Shown one piece after another: positions 21,751-32,699 of a DNA stretch of 64,000 bases. The DNA is from Corallochytrium limacisporum Hawaii. Taxonomy: Eukaryota > Protista > Pluriformea. The stretch spans positions 1 to 64,000 of the forward strand of contig PDIP01000044.1 in NCBI GenBank assembly GCA_002811645.1, in the 5' to 3' direction. The position numbers and the translations under genes are program-made. How positions within the stretch are numbered: position 1 is the first letter of the stretch; each line of letters starts with the position of its first letter. The notes under the pieces are model-generated. The model searched no databases. It saw nothing but the letters and a program-made list of their open reading frames with translations, and had not been told where the DNA came from.

Positions 21751-24700
21751 ATGCCGGCGTCCAGGGGCCCAGCGCCTTGGGAAGACGACCCCAATGTTTA
21801 TGGGGTAAGGCGGAGCGGTAGGGCAGCTAAAGTGAATTATAATGAAGACGCCATGTTCGATGATGACGATGACGATAGCGACGCTGGCCCCAGCAGGGCG
21901 CGTGCTTCTAGCAGTCGACTTCGCGGGGCCAATCGGCGGCGGAAGAATAGTGAAGAAGATTTCATTGTCGATGATGACGAAGAGGAAGAAGAAGACGAAC
22001 TCGATGACGATGACGAACCAGAGTTTGAAATGCCGTTGCTTACCTCGGGTAGGCGTGCTGCAGCAAGAGCGGTGCAGAACTTTAGGGAGGACTCCGGGGA
22101 TGATTTCGATGACTTTGATGACTACGCCAGTCCGGCACCTCGTCGCAATACAGCAGCTCGAAGGGCGGCGACGAGAAAACCCGTGATTGTGGACAGTGAT
22201 GATGATTACGGCAGTGGAGGAGGTGGCGGAGGTGGTAGGCCACGCAGTGGACGGCGCAAACAACAGATTGCCAGCGACGACGACGAATTTGGTGACTTTG
22301 ATGAGACGGAAGACGAGCTGGATGACTCAGTCTCCTTCGATGATGAAGACGACGATTTTGCGCCACAACGTCGAGGTGCATCACGAACACCAAAAAAGAA
22401 GAAAGGCAAGAAGAAGGGTAAGAAGAGCTCGTCGCGCAACCAGTCCAGTGGTGGGTATGACAACCTTAACGATTCAGTTGCGTCTACTGGAGATGACTTT
22501 AGTGGTATTAATGCTAAACTGCAGCGGCGCAAAGCTATGGCGCTTAAGGCTAAATTGGCTGACGTAGAGAACAGCAGTGAAGATGAAGATCTCATGGATG
22601 AGGATGAGATCAGGATGCGCCGGGAGCGCAAAGCTCAATTGAAGCAGCAGGCCTACTACGCTGGAGCGCAGACGGAGGAGGAAGCAGAACCCGAGCCAAC
22701 CATTGACCGGGTATGCCAGACCAGCCAGGATTTTCGTGATTATGTCGGAGACGATGACAAGTATATGATCAAATGGAAGGGTAAATCCCATGTGCATAAT
22801 ACTTGGCATACCAAATTGGAATTGGACAACGTGGGGGTCAAGGGCATGAAGAAGCTGGACAACTTCATCCAGAGACACAATAGTGACGCCTACAATATCC
22901 AGCATGTGTCGCGCGAGGAGGCGGATGCCATTCTTTGTGACAAGGAAATGGATCAGGACATGCTTGACGAGTTTACCATTGTCGAGCGTGTGATTGCAGT
23001 ACGCGAACGGAGAGCGGACCGACCGAATGACCCTCCAGAGGCAACCATGGTGACAGAGTATATGGTAAAGTGGCAGGGTGTGCCATATGGAGAATCTACA
23101 TGGGAGAGAGAGGACTGGTGCACTGAGCACTGTGCGGATCAGATCGATTTGCTTCTGCAAAGAAACAACAACCCCAATGTGCCCAAGAAGTCCATTCCGC
23201 ATAAAATGCACCGTCCGCGTTTCAATGAGATTAAGGAACAGCCTTCTTTTTTGGGTTCGGACGAATTGCGCCTGCGCAGCTACCAGCTGGATGGTTTGAA
23301 CTACCTCGTGTACAGTTGGACAGTCAGCAACTCTTGTATTCTAGCTGACGAAATGGGATTGGGTAAGACGATCCAGACCATCTCGTTCCTGTCATACCTC
23401 TTCCATGCTTTCAACTTACATGGTCCATTCCTGGTTGTTGTACCTCTTAGTACACTGATGGCTTGGCAGAGAGAATGCGCCCGTTGGGCGCCTGCCATGA
23501 ACACCATTGTGCTGCTCGGTGACGAGAAGAGTCGGGATATGATTGTCGACTACGAGTTTTTCCAGGACGATGGCAAGACCCTCAAGTTCAACTGCATGTT
23601 AACCACATATGAAATGGTGCTGAAGTGCCACGAAATGCTTTTGGACATTCCATGGGCGGTTCTTATGGTAGACGAGGCTCATCGTCTGAAGAATGCAGAA
23701 AGCTCTCTGTACAAAGCACTTACATCATTGCGCACCTATCATCGCCTGCTGATCACTGGTACTCCTCTGCAGAATAGTATGAAGGAACTGTGGGCGCTCT
23801 TGGCATTCTTGATGCCTCGAAAGTTTGGATCTTGGGAGGAATTCGAGGCAGAGCATGGCAACCTCAGCGATCAGACTCACGTTCAAAATCTACACTCTGT
23901 CCTACAACCATACATGATGCGCCGTGTGAAGAAGGACGTGGAAAAGTCCCTACCGCCGAAGGTGGAACGTATTTTGCGGGTCGAAATGTCTGGACTGCAG
24001 AAGCAGCTGTACCAGTGGATTCTCACACGCAACTACTCCATGTTGAGTTCAAAATTGAAGGGATCCAAGGCGAGCTTTGTCAATGTGGTAATGGAACTAA
24101 AGAAGTGCTGCAACCATCCCTTCTTGACTACTCAAGAGTACCAGGATTTGGAGGCGGCCTCGTTGGATGATTTGATCCGTACTGCTGGTAAGATGTTCTT
24201 GCTGGACAAACTACTGACCCGCTTGAAGGAGCAGGGCCATCGTGTGCTGATTTTTAGCCAGATGGTTATGATGTTGGATGTTTTGGGAGAGTACCTGCGA
24301 AAGCGTGGGTTCAAATTCCAACGTTTGGATGGTGGCACTGGACGTGACCGCCGTCGCATGGCCATGGATCATTTCAATGCTCCGGGCTCTGAAGATTTTT
24401 GTTTCCTGTTGAGTACCCGCGCCGGCGGTCTGGGTATTAACCTGGCCACTGCCGACACAGTTATTATCTTTGACAGCGATTGGAATCCACAAAATGATTT
24501 GCAGGCCGAGGCCCGTGCCCATCGTATTGGCCAGAAGAATGTGGTTAGTATCTACCGCCTTATGACCAAGGACACGGTCGAGGAAAATATTTTGAAGAAG
24601 GCTAAGGAGAAAATGTTGTTAGATCACCTCGTTATTCAGCGGATGGATACCAGCGGCCGTGTGGTGAGCGGTGGCGAGAACAAGTCAAAGGTCCCGTTTT

Positions 24701-26595
24701 CCAAGGACGAACTCAACAAACTTCTTAAGTTTGGGGCATCCAACATGTTTGCGGGGGCAGAGAATGACGATGATGAAGATGACGGCAAGCCTCCAGGGAG
24801 CGGGCCTATCAAGGATAAGTCTAAGCTGGAAGATATCGATTTAGACGCCATCCTGGATCGTGCTGAAGTGTCAGAGGATGCGGAGAAGACCACTGCCGGT
24901 GACCAGTTCCTGAATCAGTTCAAGGTCACTGAGTTTAGCGCGGCCGAATTGGAGAAGGACTGGGATCAGATTATCCCCAAGAAGCAACGTGAAAAGATTG
25001 AGAGGGAAGAGGAAGAGAAGCGGCTCAAAGAGATGAATTTGGGTCGCCGCCGTGTCAAACCTGTAATGACTTACACAGAGGAGTTTGGTGATGAGACGGA
25101 TAGCAAAGGCACTACACGGTCAAAGAAGGAACGCAATAAGCGCGGCGGTGGCTCTGCTGCAGAGAGCGGCGATGACGTCTCCACTAAGCGGCGCCGTCGT
25201 GAGCCCGCTGCTGGCGGCGAGGGCTGCCACGGTATGGACGCTACCGACTTACGCCGCTTTGAAAGGGCACTCCGCAAGTTTGGTTCTTCACCTGAGCGTC
25301 GAGACGAAGTACTCAGGGACGCGCAGCTTGACGATTTGAATCTTGATGGTGCAACGCTGGACAAGATTGTATCCACACTGACCACCGCTGCAAGGACTGC
25401 AATCAAGGAACGCGAAGAGGAGGACAAAAACAAGCCCAAGGAAGATAAGGATCAGAAGGCAGTGCGACGGCCGGTGGTGACTGCCCAGGTTGGGGACGTA
25501 AAGTTTAATGCGGAAGAGTTTTCAGAGCGCCAAGAGCAAATGGCGTTCCTGCAAAGCCTCTTTGCTGGTATGCAGGAGCCAACGAAGTACCGCATTAAGC
25601 GCCAGGTCAAAGCGGCGCAGTTCCGCAACCAGTGCATCAAGACATGGAGTATTGTGGAGGACAGCATGCTCTTGTACGCCGTCTGGCGCCACGGCTTGAG
25701 CAACTGGGACGCCGTTAAAAGGGACACAGCCGCTATTCCGAACCTTCCGGAGATCATTTTACCTAATGAGGAGCAACGTGCCCGGGGCTTTATCAGTCCC
25801 ACCGCGATTCAGCTCGACCGCCGTGCCATCAATCTGATCAACATTGTCATGGAACGCAGCCCTGGTGCGGGAACCGGCGCTCTCGGTGGTACCAGCCGGC
25901 TTGAGCGCAACCAAAAGGCTGCTGCGCGGAAGCAACGTGCAGCCGCAGCCGCGGCAGCGGGAGGTGGCATGAGTGCCGATAGCGCGAACAGGGCGGGAGG
26001 CGCTCATCTAGCTGGCTCGGGCTCTGCTCCGGAAGCCCCCGCAGAGGTGATGGCATGCAAAGCAGACCTCAGACCGCTTCGTGACGAATTGCGCGCCTGC
26101 CGTGACTTTGTTGCGGAGATCGGCACCCACCCAGAGAAGCACCCGGACAAAACTGCAAACCGTCAGCGCCTACTGAATTTTGTCAAGATCTTTGGTGACC
26201 ACATTGAGACCAAAGCAACGGAGAAAGCGGATTCAGCTACGGCCAAGATGAACATGTGGAAGTTTGTGGAAATATTTTTGGATATGGGCATGTCGTGGGA
26301 GAAGCTCCAGGCACGGTACGAAAGGCAGAAAGGACAACATAGTGGACCCGATCACCACAGCCACCACCATGATGCTAAGCCGGCGCACCATGGACACCAT
26401 CAAGATGATACCAAGGTTACACACCACGGCATGTATCGGCATGATGCTGCTGCCTCCAAGGCTGAGGATGTCAAGCCCAAAGTCGAATTTGTGCCAGGTA
26501 CGAAACCCCCCGCCGAAATGCCGGCGATGAAGGTCGGGGATGACGACGATGTGAAGCCCAAGATTGAGCAGGATACCGCGAACGGACACGCATGA
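21751..26595 (+). CDS. CHD1: Chromodomain-helicase-DNA-binding protein CHD1/CHD2
   Basis: Two chromodomains (YMIKWKGKSHVHNTW, YMVKWQGVPYGESTWE), SNF2 ATPase (LADEMGLGKTIQ, VDEAHRLKN, LSTRAGGLGINL, DSDWNPQNDLQA), SANT/SLIDE-like region, DUF4208-like C-terminal domain, N-terminal YGVRRSGR motif. Confidence 0.95.
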   Translation: MPASRGPAPWEDDPNVYGVRRSGRAAKVNYNEDAMFDDDDDDSDAGPSRARASSSRLRGANRRRKNSEEDFIVDDDEEEEEDELDDDDEPEFEMPLLTSGRRAAARAVQNFREDSGDDFDDFDDYASPAPRRNTAARRAATRKPVIVDSDDDYGSGGGGGGGRPRSGRRKQQIASDDDEFGDFDETEDELDDSVSFDDEDDDFAPQRRGASRTPKKKKGKKKGKKSSSRNQSSGGYDNLNDSVASTGDDFSGINAKLQRRKAMALKAKLADVENSSEDEDLMDEDEIRMRRERKAQLKQQAYYAGAQTEEEAEPEPTIDRVCQTSQDFRDYVGDDDKYMIKWKGKSHVHNTWHTKLELDNVGVKGMKKLDNFIQRHNSDAYNIQHVSREEADAILCDKEMDQDMLDEFTIVERVIAVRERRADRPNDPPEATMVTEYMVKWQGVPYGESTWEREDWCTEHCADQIDLLLQRNNNPNVPKKSIPHKMHRPRFNEIKEQPSFLGSDELRLRSYQLDGLNYLVYSWTVSNSCILADEMGLGKTIQTISFLSYLFHAFNLHGPFLVVVPLSTLMAWQRECARWAPAMNTIVLLGDEKSRDMIVDYEFFQDDGKTLKFNCMLTTYEMVLKCHEMLLDIPWAVLMVDEAHRLKNAESSLYKALTSLRTYHRLLITGTPLQNSMKELWALLAFLMPRKFGSWEEFEAEHGNLSDQTHVQNLHSVLQPYMMRRVKKDVEKSLPPKVERILRVEMSGLQKQLYQWILTRNYSMLSSKLKGSKASFVNVVMELKKCCNHPFLTTQEYQDLEAASLDDLIRTAGKMFLLDKLLTRLKEQGHRVLIFSQMVMMLDVLGEYLRKRGFKFQRLDGGTGRDRRRMAMDHFNAPGSEDFCFLLSTRAGGLGINLATADTVIIFDSDWNPQNDLQAEARAHRIGQKNVVSIYRLMTKDTVEENILKKAKEKMLLDHLVIQRMDTSGRVVSGGENKSKVPFSKDELNKLLKFGASNMFAGAENDDDEDDGKPPGSGPIKDKSKLEDIDLDAILDRAEVSEDAEKTTAGDQFLNQFKVTEFSAAELEKDWDQIIPKKQREKIEREEEEKRLKEMNLGRRRVKPVMTYTEEFGDETDSKGTTRSKKERNKRGGGSAAESGDDVSTKRRRREPAAGGEGCHGMDATDLRRFERALRKFGSSPERRDEVLRDAQLDDLNLDGATLDKIVSTLTTAARTAIKEREEEDKNKPKEDKDQKAVRRPVVTAQVGDVKFNAEEFSERQEQMAFLQSLFAGMQEPTKYRIKRQVKAAQFRNQCIKTWSIVEDSMLLYAVWRHGLSNWDAVKRDTAAIPNLPEIILPNEEQRARGFISPTAIQLDRRAINLINIVMERSPGAGTGALGGTSRLERNQKAAARKQRAAAAAAAGGGMSADSANRAGGAHLAGSGSAPEAPAEVMACKADLRPLRDELRACRDFVAEIGTHPEKHPDKTANRQRLLNFVKIFGDHIETKATEKADSATAKMNMWKFVEIFLDMGMSWEKLQARYERQKGQHSGPDHHSHHHDAKPAHHGHHQDDTKVTHHGMYRHDAAASKAEDVKPKVEFVPGTKPPAEMPAMKVGDDDDVKPKIEQDTANGHA

Positions 26596-26707
26596 AAGAG
26601 ACTGTAGGGATATTTTCATTAAAGCCACGTACGAAACATTTCAAAATGCGAGTTTAAAGATTGATGTAATTGTCTTGTGGTACGACTTAACATCGCTGTT
26701 GTGTCAC

Positions 26708-29700
26708 TTACTGTCCTTCAGCCTTGACGTCGCCGGCAGTGGCAGCTGGCGGCGGCGCGGATTCGGTCGCAGGCTGTGGGTCGTCAGTGGCAACGTTGTC
26801 ATCTTCGGCACCCTCGGGCGCCCCCGCCGACTGCTCTTCTGAGGCAGTGCCCTTAGAAGCCGGCGGTGGCGGTGGTGGCATGTCATCCTTGCGTTCGTCA
26901 GCAGCAGCAGCATCGGCTTTCGGGCGCGAAGCGGCAGACGCGGGGGTTGCAAAGGTGAAAACATTGCCCTGTCCGTCTAGAGGCACCCGCGGCGTATCGC
27001 CGTGACCTCCACCTGCGTTCATGACAGCTTCAACCGCCCGTGGAGACGGTGGAAGGGTGACATTGTGCCCAGCCGATGGCCTTGGACTTCCAGCAGGCCG
27101 GAGGTCGTTGGCCGGCGTCGATGTGGATTCGGCCTGTGGTGTGTCGGACACGACCTGCGGCGTAGACTGGGCGGACTCTGAGACGGCCGGCGCGGAGTCC
27201 GGTTCCTTTTCATCAGGCGTGGTTGCCGATTTGGTCTCGTCTCCGGTCTTTGTTGCGGACCCTTCACGTCGTACAGATAGGCGCATGAGGGTGGGGCTTG
27301 GATTGCCGGCGGCGTTCGTAGCCGCGGATTTCTCCTTGTCCTCATTTCCACCACCGCCAGTCCCACCGTCCTTTGTGCTGTGCCCACCGTCGGTAGAGGG
27401 CGGCTTGTCACTCGAAGACAAGCGACGGCGGAATTCGCTCATAGACACTCTTGTCTTCTTTGGCTGGCCCTGGCCGACCGATGACGCGGCCGCACTGTCC
27501 TTTTCCACATCACCGCTGACGGTCCGAGCTACAGCTTCCTTTCCGGCGCTGGCTGGAGTGGAACTCTTCGTCTGAGCTGCCTCTTCACGTAGCTTTGCAT
27601 TGGCAGCGGCCACCGTGGCCTCTGCAGAGGGCGGATTTGTCGTCTTTGGCGTCTGCGGCGGAGTCTCCAGCACACGGCCCCACTTCTTGCCTTCATTACC
27701 TACGGTAGTGACATCAACCATTGAGTCCGAGTCACCGCTCTGGCGACGGCGCCAGTCCGTGTTCATGGTAGTCTCGTCCCCAGTGTTCTCATCGACGACG
27801 TCCATGGCACCTGCACCACCCACCGCTGCTCGCTTCTCCTCAACTTTGTCTACGGTCATGGCATCGACATTTTCTTCGGATTTGACCATCGCAGGTTTGG
27901 CTTCTGTTCCATCCTGGTCCTGCTTTGGATCCTTCGAGGAGAGGAACTCCTCATCGCTCATGAACTTGACGCGAAACTTAATGGGTTCAATCACAGAATC
28001 AAGGCCATGCCCGCTGTCAAAGCTGCCATTACTTCCTTTGCGTTCGTTGTCATTGACAGCCGTGGGGTCGTTGTCAACGCCGCCATTGCTGCTCTCCATG
28101 TACATCATAACGAACATTTTGCGTCCGTACGAATGGAAGTAGTCCACCAATTTGGACTCGCCTAGCTCGCTCAACTGTTCCTCGTTGTCCCAGGTGTCGC
28201 CCTCGTCCTCTTCATCTATTACAGAGTCGGTGCGCGGGGTAGCAGTTGTTGACCCTTTACGACCCTTCTTGGGCGGCCGGCCCGTGCTGGGCCTGCCCTT
28301 GGGCTTCTGTCCGCTGTCGACGACGCTGCCCTTGCGGCCAGCAGCAGCCTCGGTGCCAGGCGTAGTGGCAGTCGACTGGCGCCGGGCAGACTTCTGCCGG
28401 CCTCCAGTGCCAGTACCATCGTCTATTTGTTCGAGTTGCTCAAACTGTCGCATGTACATTTGCATCTTGCGCTCCTCACGGCTTAATGGCTTGCCGTCGT
28501 CACTGAAGCCCGGTGGACTCTCCCGAACTGACGAACGGCGGATACTGCTGCGCTGTGACGCTGTGCCAGCAGTCGGTTGGCCGTCACCGTCTTCAACTGC
28601 ACGGCGCTTTGCCGCCTGACTGTCCACATCCTGCGGTTCCCCGGCAGAGGACTTGGTCCGACGACGGCTGCTGACGGCTGGGGGCATATCTGGAGCGTCT
28701 AGAGATGCTTCGTCTGTTTCCATGCGTTCATTTCCTCCGTTGCTGGTGCCACTATCTTTAGTTGCAGCATCCTCTCCACGCGACTCCGCGGCTTCTTTGG
28801 CAGCGGCCATCTGCCGCTGAACATAACCAGTGCCTGGGGGACGTCCACGGCGCTTCGGGGCTGCGGTGGTCTCGCTGTTGGTGCCGTCGTCTTTTACGCT
28901 CTGCTGCTCACTTGCAGCATCAGCATCGGTGCTGTTCCGCGCGGCACTGGCGCTCTCCGTCTGTTTCGACCGGTCCTTGGGTGGTCGTCCGGGCTTGCGT
29001 CTCGCTCCCTTAGGCTGCTTATGCTTACGGCGGATAGCGGAACGGGACCCCGCAGCGGATCCCGTCGCACCCTGCTGGCGCTGTCCACGATTCAGACGCC
29101 TCTCCAGCAGGTCGGTGGCGCACTCTAAAACGTACTTGCATTTACCAGCCGCAATCTTTTCCGCGTTTCCTTTGAATACAGCACAGGTGTCCGGACTGCC
29201 GCACGCACATGGCACACAGTAGTTCAGATTCGCAGGTTCGTAATTATGTGCCACGGTAATTTCTTCACCCGCGACAATATCACGCAGTGCTACTAGGCCA
29301 ATTACAGGCCGATCATTCACCAGGAACAACAAAGCCTCAGCGTTCGGGAGGCAAGATTCACGGATGAAGCGGGCCTTACCAAGCTTGGTACTTCCGGCAC
29401 CCGGCCGCGTTTCACGAGCATCCACCAGTAAACCCTTGCTCATGTTTACAAGAATATAGGGCACAGGTGCAGATGTGAATGCACGGTCCTCCTTGTCCTG
29501 AAACTTGGCCAGAAAATCGTCCCTGTCGGCCATGTAGCCGTAGTAGACAGCAATAACACAATCTTTTTGACAGGGTTCGTCAATGATAACCCGGTTGTGC
29601 TTGACATCTCCAAGTGGTGGAATACCGAGATTTGTTGCTGCAATCTTTTCGATGTGCATCTGTTTGGGAACTGCTCCGTGTTCTTGTCCATTCACTGCCT

Positions 29701-30319
29701 TCCCAGCCTTCAAGGCTGTGGCATCTGTGAATATGGTAGCCTTGGAAGACTCTTCGCTTTTGACAAGATTTGCCAGTTCTTTATCCAACCCGTTTTCGTA
29801 TGTGTAGCCCTCCGCAGGGTCGTCAGGGTCAACCACGGATGTTGGTGGAACCGCCACGTCGAAAAGTGGAGCAAACAGCAAAGGCTGAATTTGTCGAAGC
29901 GCTCCCCATCGATCTTCGGGATCGTGTGCCTTATTCTTTACAAACTCGAGAATTTTCTTTTCGCGAGAAATATCCACCTCATCGTCTCCGTCGTCTTCCG
30001 GTTCGTCGTCTTCGTCGTCGTCGTCGTCAACATCGTCTTCGTCGTCGTCTTCGTCAACAATTTCGCCTCTGACGCGTTTTCGCCCCTGAATCTTCTTTGC
30101 TCTGTCGACGTTCAATTGGCGAGGGTTGCATTTCTCGCATTTGTATACTTCAGGTAGATTCTTGGGGTCCAGGTCGTTAATGCAGGCAATGTGCTGCCAT
30201 ACTTTGCACTTATCACACTGGATTGTATTTCCATCGTCATGTTCAAATTCGCAAATGCAGCGAATTTTCCAGTCTTGATCTTCTTCCGAGTCAGACCCGG
30301 ACTTTGAAGCCTTTGACAT
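26708..30319 (-). CDS. PHD-SET protein of the SET3/KMT2E(MLL5)/SETD5 family, probably catalytically inactive
   Basis: PHD IRCICEFEHDDGNTIQCDKCKVWQH...CEKCNPR; SET ARFIRESCLPNAE (no NHS motif), GEEITV, CACG post-SET; SREERKM motif. Confidence 0.9.
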   Translation of the reverse strand: MSKASKSGSDSEEDQDWKIRCICEFEHDDGNTIQCDKCKVWQHIACINDLDPKNLPEVYKCEKCNPRQLNVDRAKKIQGRKRVRGEIVDEDDDEDDVDDDDDEDDEPEDDGDDEVDISREKKILEFVKNKAHDPEDRWGALRQIQPLLFAPLFDVAVPPTSVVDPDDPAEGYTYENGLDKELANLVKSEESSKATIFTDATALKAGKAVNGQEHGAVPKQMHIEKIAATNLGIPPLGDVKHNRVIIDEPCQKDCVIAVYYGYMADRDDFLAKFQDKEDRAFTSAPVPYILVNMSKGLLVDARETRPGAGSTKLGKARFIRESCLPNAEALLFLVNDRPVIGLVALRDIVAGEEITVAHNYEPANLNYCVPCACGSPDTCAVFKGNAEKIAAGKCKYVLECATDLLERRLNRGQRQQGATGSAAGSRSAIRRKHKQPKGARRKPGRPPKDRSKQTESASAARNSTDADAASEQQSVKDDGTNSETTAAPKRRGRPPGTGYVQRQMAAAKEAAESRGEDAATKDSGTSNGGNERMETDEASLDAPDMPPAVSSRRRTKSSAGEPQDVDSQAAKRRAVEDGDGQPTAGTASQRSSIRRSSVRESPPGFSDDGKPLSREERKMQMYMRQFEQLEQIDDGTGTGGRQKSARRQSTATTPGTEAAAGRKGSVVDSGQKPKGRPSTGRPPKKGRKGSTTATPRTDSVIDEEDEGDTWDNEEQLSELGESKLVDYFHSYGRKMFVMMYMESSNGGVDNDPTAVNDNERKGSNGSFDSGHGLDSVIEPIKFRVKFMSDEEFLSSKDPKQDQDGTEAKPAMVKSEENVDAMTVDKVEEKRAAVGGAGAMDVVDENTGDETTMNTDWRRRQSGDSDSMVDVTTVGNEGKKWGRVLETPPQTPKTTNPPSAEATVAAANAKLREEAAQTKSSTPASAGKEAVARTVSGDVEKDSAAASSVGQGQPKKTRVSMSEFRRRLSSSDKPPSTDGGHSTKDGGTGGGGNEDKEKSAATNAAGNPSPTLMRLSVRREGSATKTGDETKSATTPDEKEPDSAPAVSESAQSTPQVVSDTPQAESTSTPANDLRPAGSPRPSAGHNVTLPPSPRAVEAVMNAGGGHGDTPRVPLDGQGNVFTFATPASAASRPKADAAAADERKDDMPPPPPPASKGTASEEQSAGAPEGAEDDNVATDDPQPATESAPPPAATAGDVKAEGQ

Positions 30320-32227
30320 AGTTCTGTTTCAATATGTCTAATATCACCTTATACACTCACGTCAAAGTCGTACGATGATAAAGCGGTCATTGTTTCGAAA
30401 GTAATTTTCCAGAGTCGAGCATGCACTTCATTCAAGTTTGCTGATAGTGTTTAAGCATGGTTGTGGGTTCAATGATTCTAGAAACCGCACTACATACCAT
30501 ATGAAGCCACTATTTGTCGAGTATGCCGCACAAACTATGACTTTGGTCTGTTGAACCCAGAATGATTTATTACTTGCTTTGTACAGCCGTATAAAGTTTC
30601 TTTACTCCTCTATATAGAGATCAAATACCTCTACATAAATTCTCTAGGATCTTTTCTTTCCAAAATGATGCTGTATGACGCATTTAGCCAACTCTAAGCT
30701 ACTTGAATAATTTTTTAACATTATTCCGACCACCCAAACATTTAGTTGAACAGGGCTCCGGAACACGGGGAGGCGCCTCACGGGCAGCAGGTCTCATAAG
30801 AAAATGGACAGCGGGAGGGGGTGGGGGTGGTAAAGGAAGGGGGCCGCAGTTTTCCCATTCTGCAGCCCTGCCGCCCACCTCCCCGGGCCTACTTGGGTGT
30901 CCTTTTACCCACCCCCCTCACGAGTGGCCCAAGCGGACACTAGACTCCCCTGCCCGGGCGGCAGCGCGGTTCCGAAGCCGTTCATTGAGTATACAAAGTC
31001 GAACCGCAATACGCTCGCTCCCCATTCTAGCCTTTACTTCGATTTCACCAGCTTCGCCGCTTCGTTCCTTCCTCACCATTGATATTGATGCGAAGCTGTC
31101 CTCTTTCTGTGTAACCATATAAAATATATGGACCTGTTTTACAAAGAAACCCATGGTGCTCGCAGCAGTGAGCTCACCGGCAGATCCAGGAACGCCACCG
31201 GCGCCCTGGTCCCCTGTGCTACCAATCGCCGGATGGTGGGTGACATTTGCGTGAGTATATAAAATATACTTATTAAAAACTCCAACACCAAATGATTGTT
31301 CGCCGCTAGCCCAAAAAGGAACAAACCGGAGAGAGGGTATTAAAAAATAAAAACACAGCTCCCCTCAGGAGGGCGAGGGAAGGACAAGGAACCGTTGCGG
31401 TGCGATTAGACAAGTAGCTCCTTTCGCGCGATGCAGTCTTCGTACTCACTCTACTCTGAGAAACGGGAGTCTAATTTTTCCCGAAGGATTCTTTGCTCCT
31501 TGCCCACATTCTTGTCCCTTCCTTTTTTTTTCCTTTCTTTGGCTTGTTCGTGATTCAGTCTGGGGTCCGATTTCGACCTTCCGCCCCGGGCCTTATCGGT
31601 ACATTCATTACCCATCCGAGGTCCCCATCGTGCGCCAGTCTGCTCAACAAAAAGTATCCGAAAATAGGGAGGGGTAAGCGTTAGGTGGGGAGAGTTTAAA
31701 TATTAGGCCCCCATCACCACTCCATTGGTATTCAAAGTGAATCAGTGCCAATGCGTGGGGCGGGGGTCGGATTTTTCCTGAACGCAGAAACGGAGCATGA
31801 GCATAAGCAAACAGTCCGGCCCCGCAGGAAAAATGATGGGCTGACACGGACGGTCAGAGCCGAACGGTTACTGACCGGATTTGCCAATATGTTCACTATA
31901 GAAATCAGACATTGCCAAGAAGGAGCCGTGCGGAAGAACTCGGGGGTCTCCGGCCGGGTGTGACCCCCGGGACCCAATGGACACGGTCACACGGCAGTGG
32001 GCGGGCATATACACATGTTCGTAACACGGCTGGCAAACAACTATGATAGTATCACCTGGTCTCGGTTTAGTCGTCCTGAGCACTTATATGCAGTCGCTAC
32101 AAAAGAGTTAGGGAGCATTAGCGAGCATAGGTATGGTACCTGATGGTGGCCATGTGGAAAGGTCTGAAAATTAACCGGCACGAGGAGATCAATAGCACGG
32201 TTACACAGCAGTGACGAGAGGCCCACC

Positions 32228-32392
32228 ATGGCAGAACAGAAGAATACTCAGGACCGGCCAAAGCCATGCTGCGCATGCCCAGAGACAAAGAGGGTTCGAG
32301 ATGAGTGCATCATGTTGAATGGCGAAGAGAACTGCCAGGATCTCATCCAGAAGCACCGGGAGTGCATGGCTACCTACGGGTACAAGATCTAA
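32228..32392 (+). CDS. COX17: Cytochrome c oxidase copper chaperone COX17 (54 aa, below ORF-track cutoff)
   Basis: Manual translation [54 protein letters not shown]; [10 protein letters not shown] signature; ccaccATGg context. Confidence 0.97.
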   Translation: MAEQKNTQDRPKPCCACPETKRVRDECIMLNGEENCQDLIQKHRECMATYGYKI

Positions 32393-32432
32393 ATCATACA
32401 GGGGAAGAAATATATTCGTTGCGAAGTTGTGA

Positions 32433-32551
32433 TCATGAGCTGTCCCTGGGAAGAACGTCCCTGGCAACATTGAGTGCTACGTTCATAGGTTTGAAGTTGG
32501 GATGGCCCATTAATGAATAGGCACATATACCAAAATATGCATGCAAAAGAT
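32433..32551 (-). CDS. PGGT1B: Geranylgeranyltransferase type I beta, exon 2
   Basis: After splicing reads DLLHAYFGICAYSLMGHPNFKPMNVALNVARDVLPRDSS*, the conserved C-terminal DxLHAYFGIC zinc-ligand motif. Confidence 0.92.
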
Positions 32552-32699
32552 CTGTTTACATAGAAAAATTAGGGAAGAGCACTGGCAGCCCGTAAGTTGT
32601 CGGTTAGTGTCCTTGCAATTATAAAGAAAATCTTTGAAATAAACCTGACAGGGGTAGCCAGCAGAATGGCTCCTCACTAGACAGAAAGTTAATACTTAC
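32552..32699 (-). other. 148-nt phase-1 GT-AG spliceosomal intron in PGGT1B
   Basis: Donor G|GTAAGTAT, ACTAAC and CCTAAT branch-like motifs, U-rich tract, acceptor AAACAG|; splicing restores the frame and the conserved motif. Confidence 0.92.

Noticed and set aside
32154-32170. GGAAAGGTCTGA resembling RNase P CR-I
   Set aside because: No CR-V partner, and COX17 begins about 60 bp later
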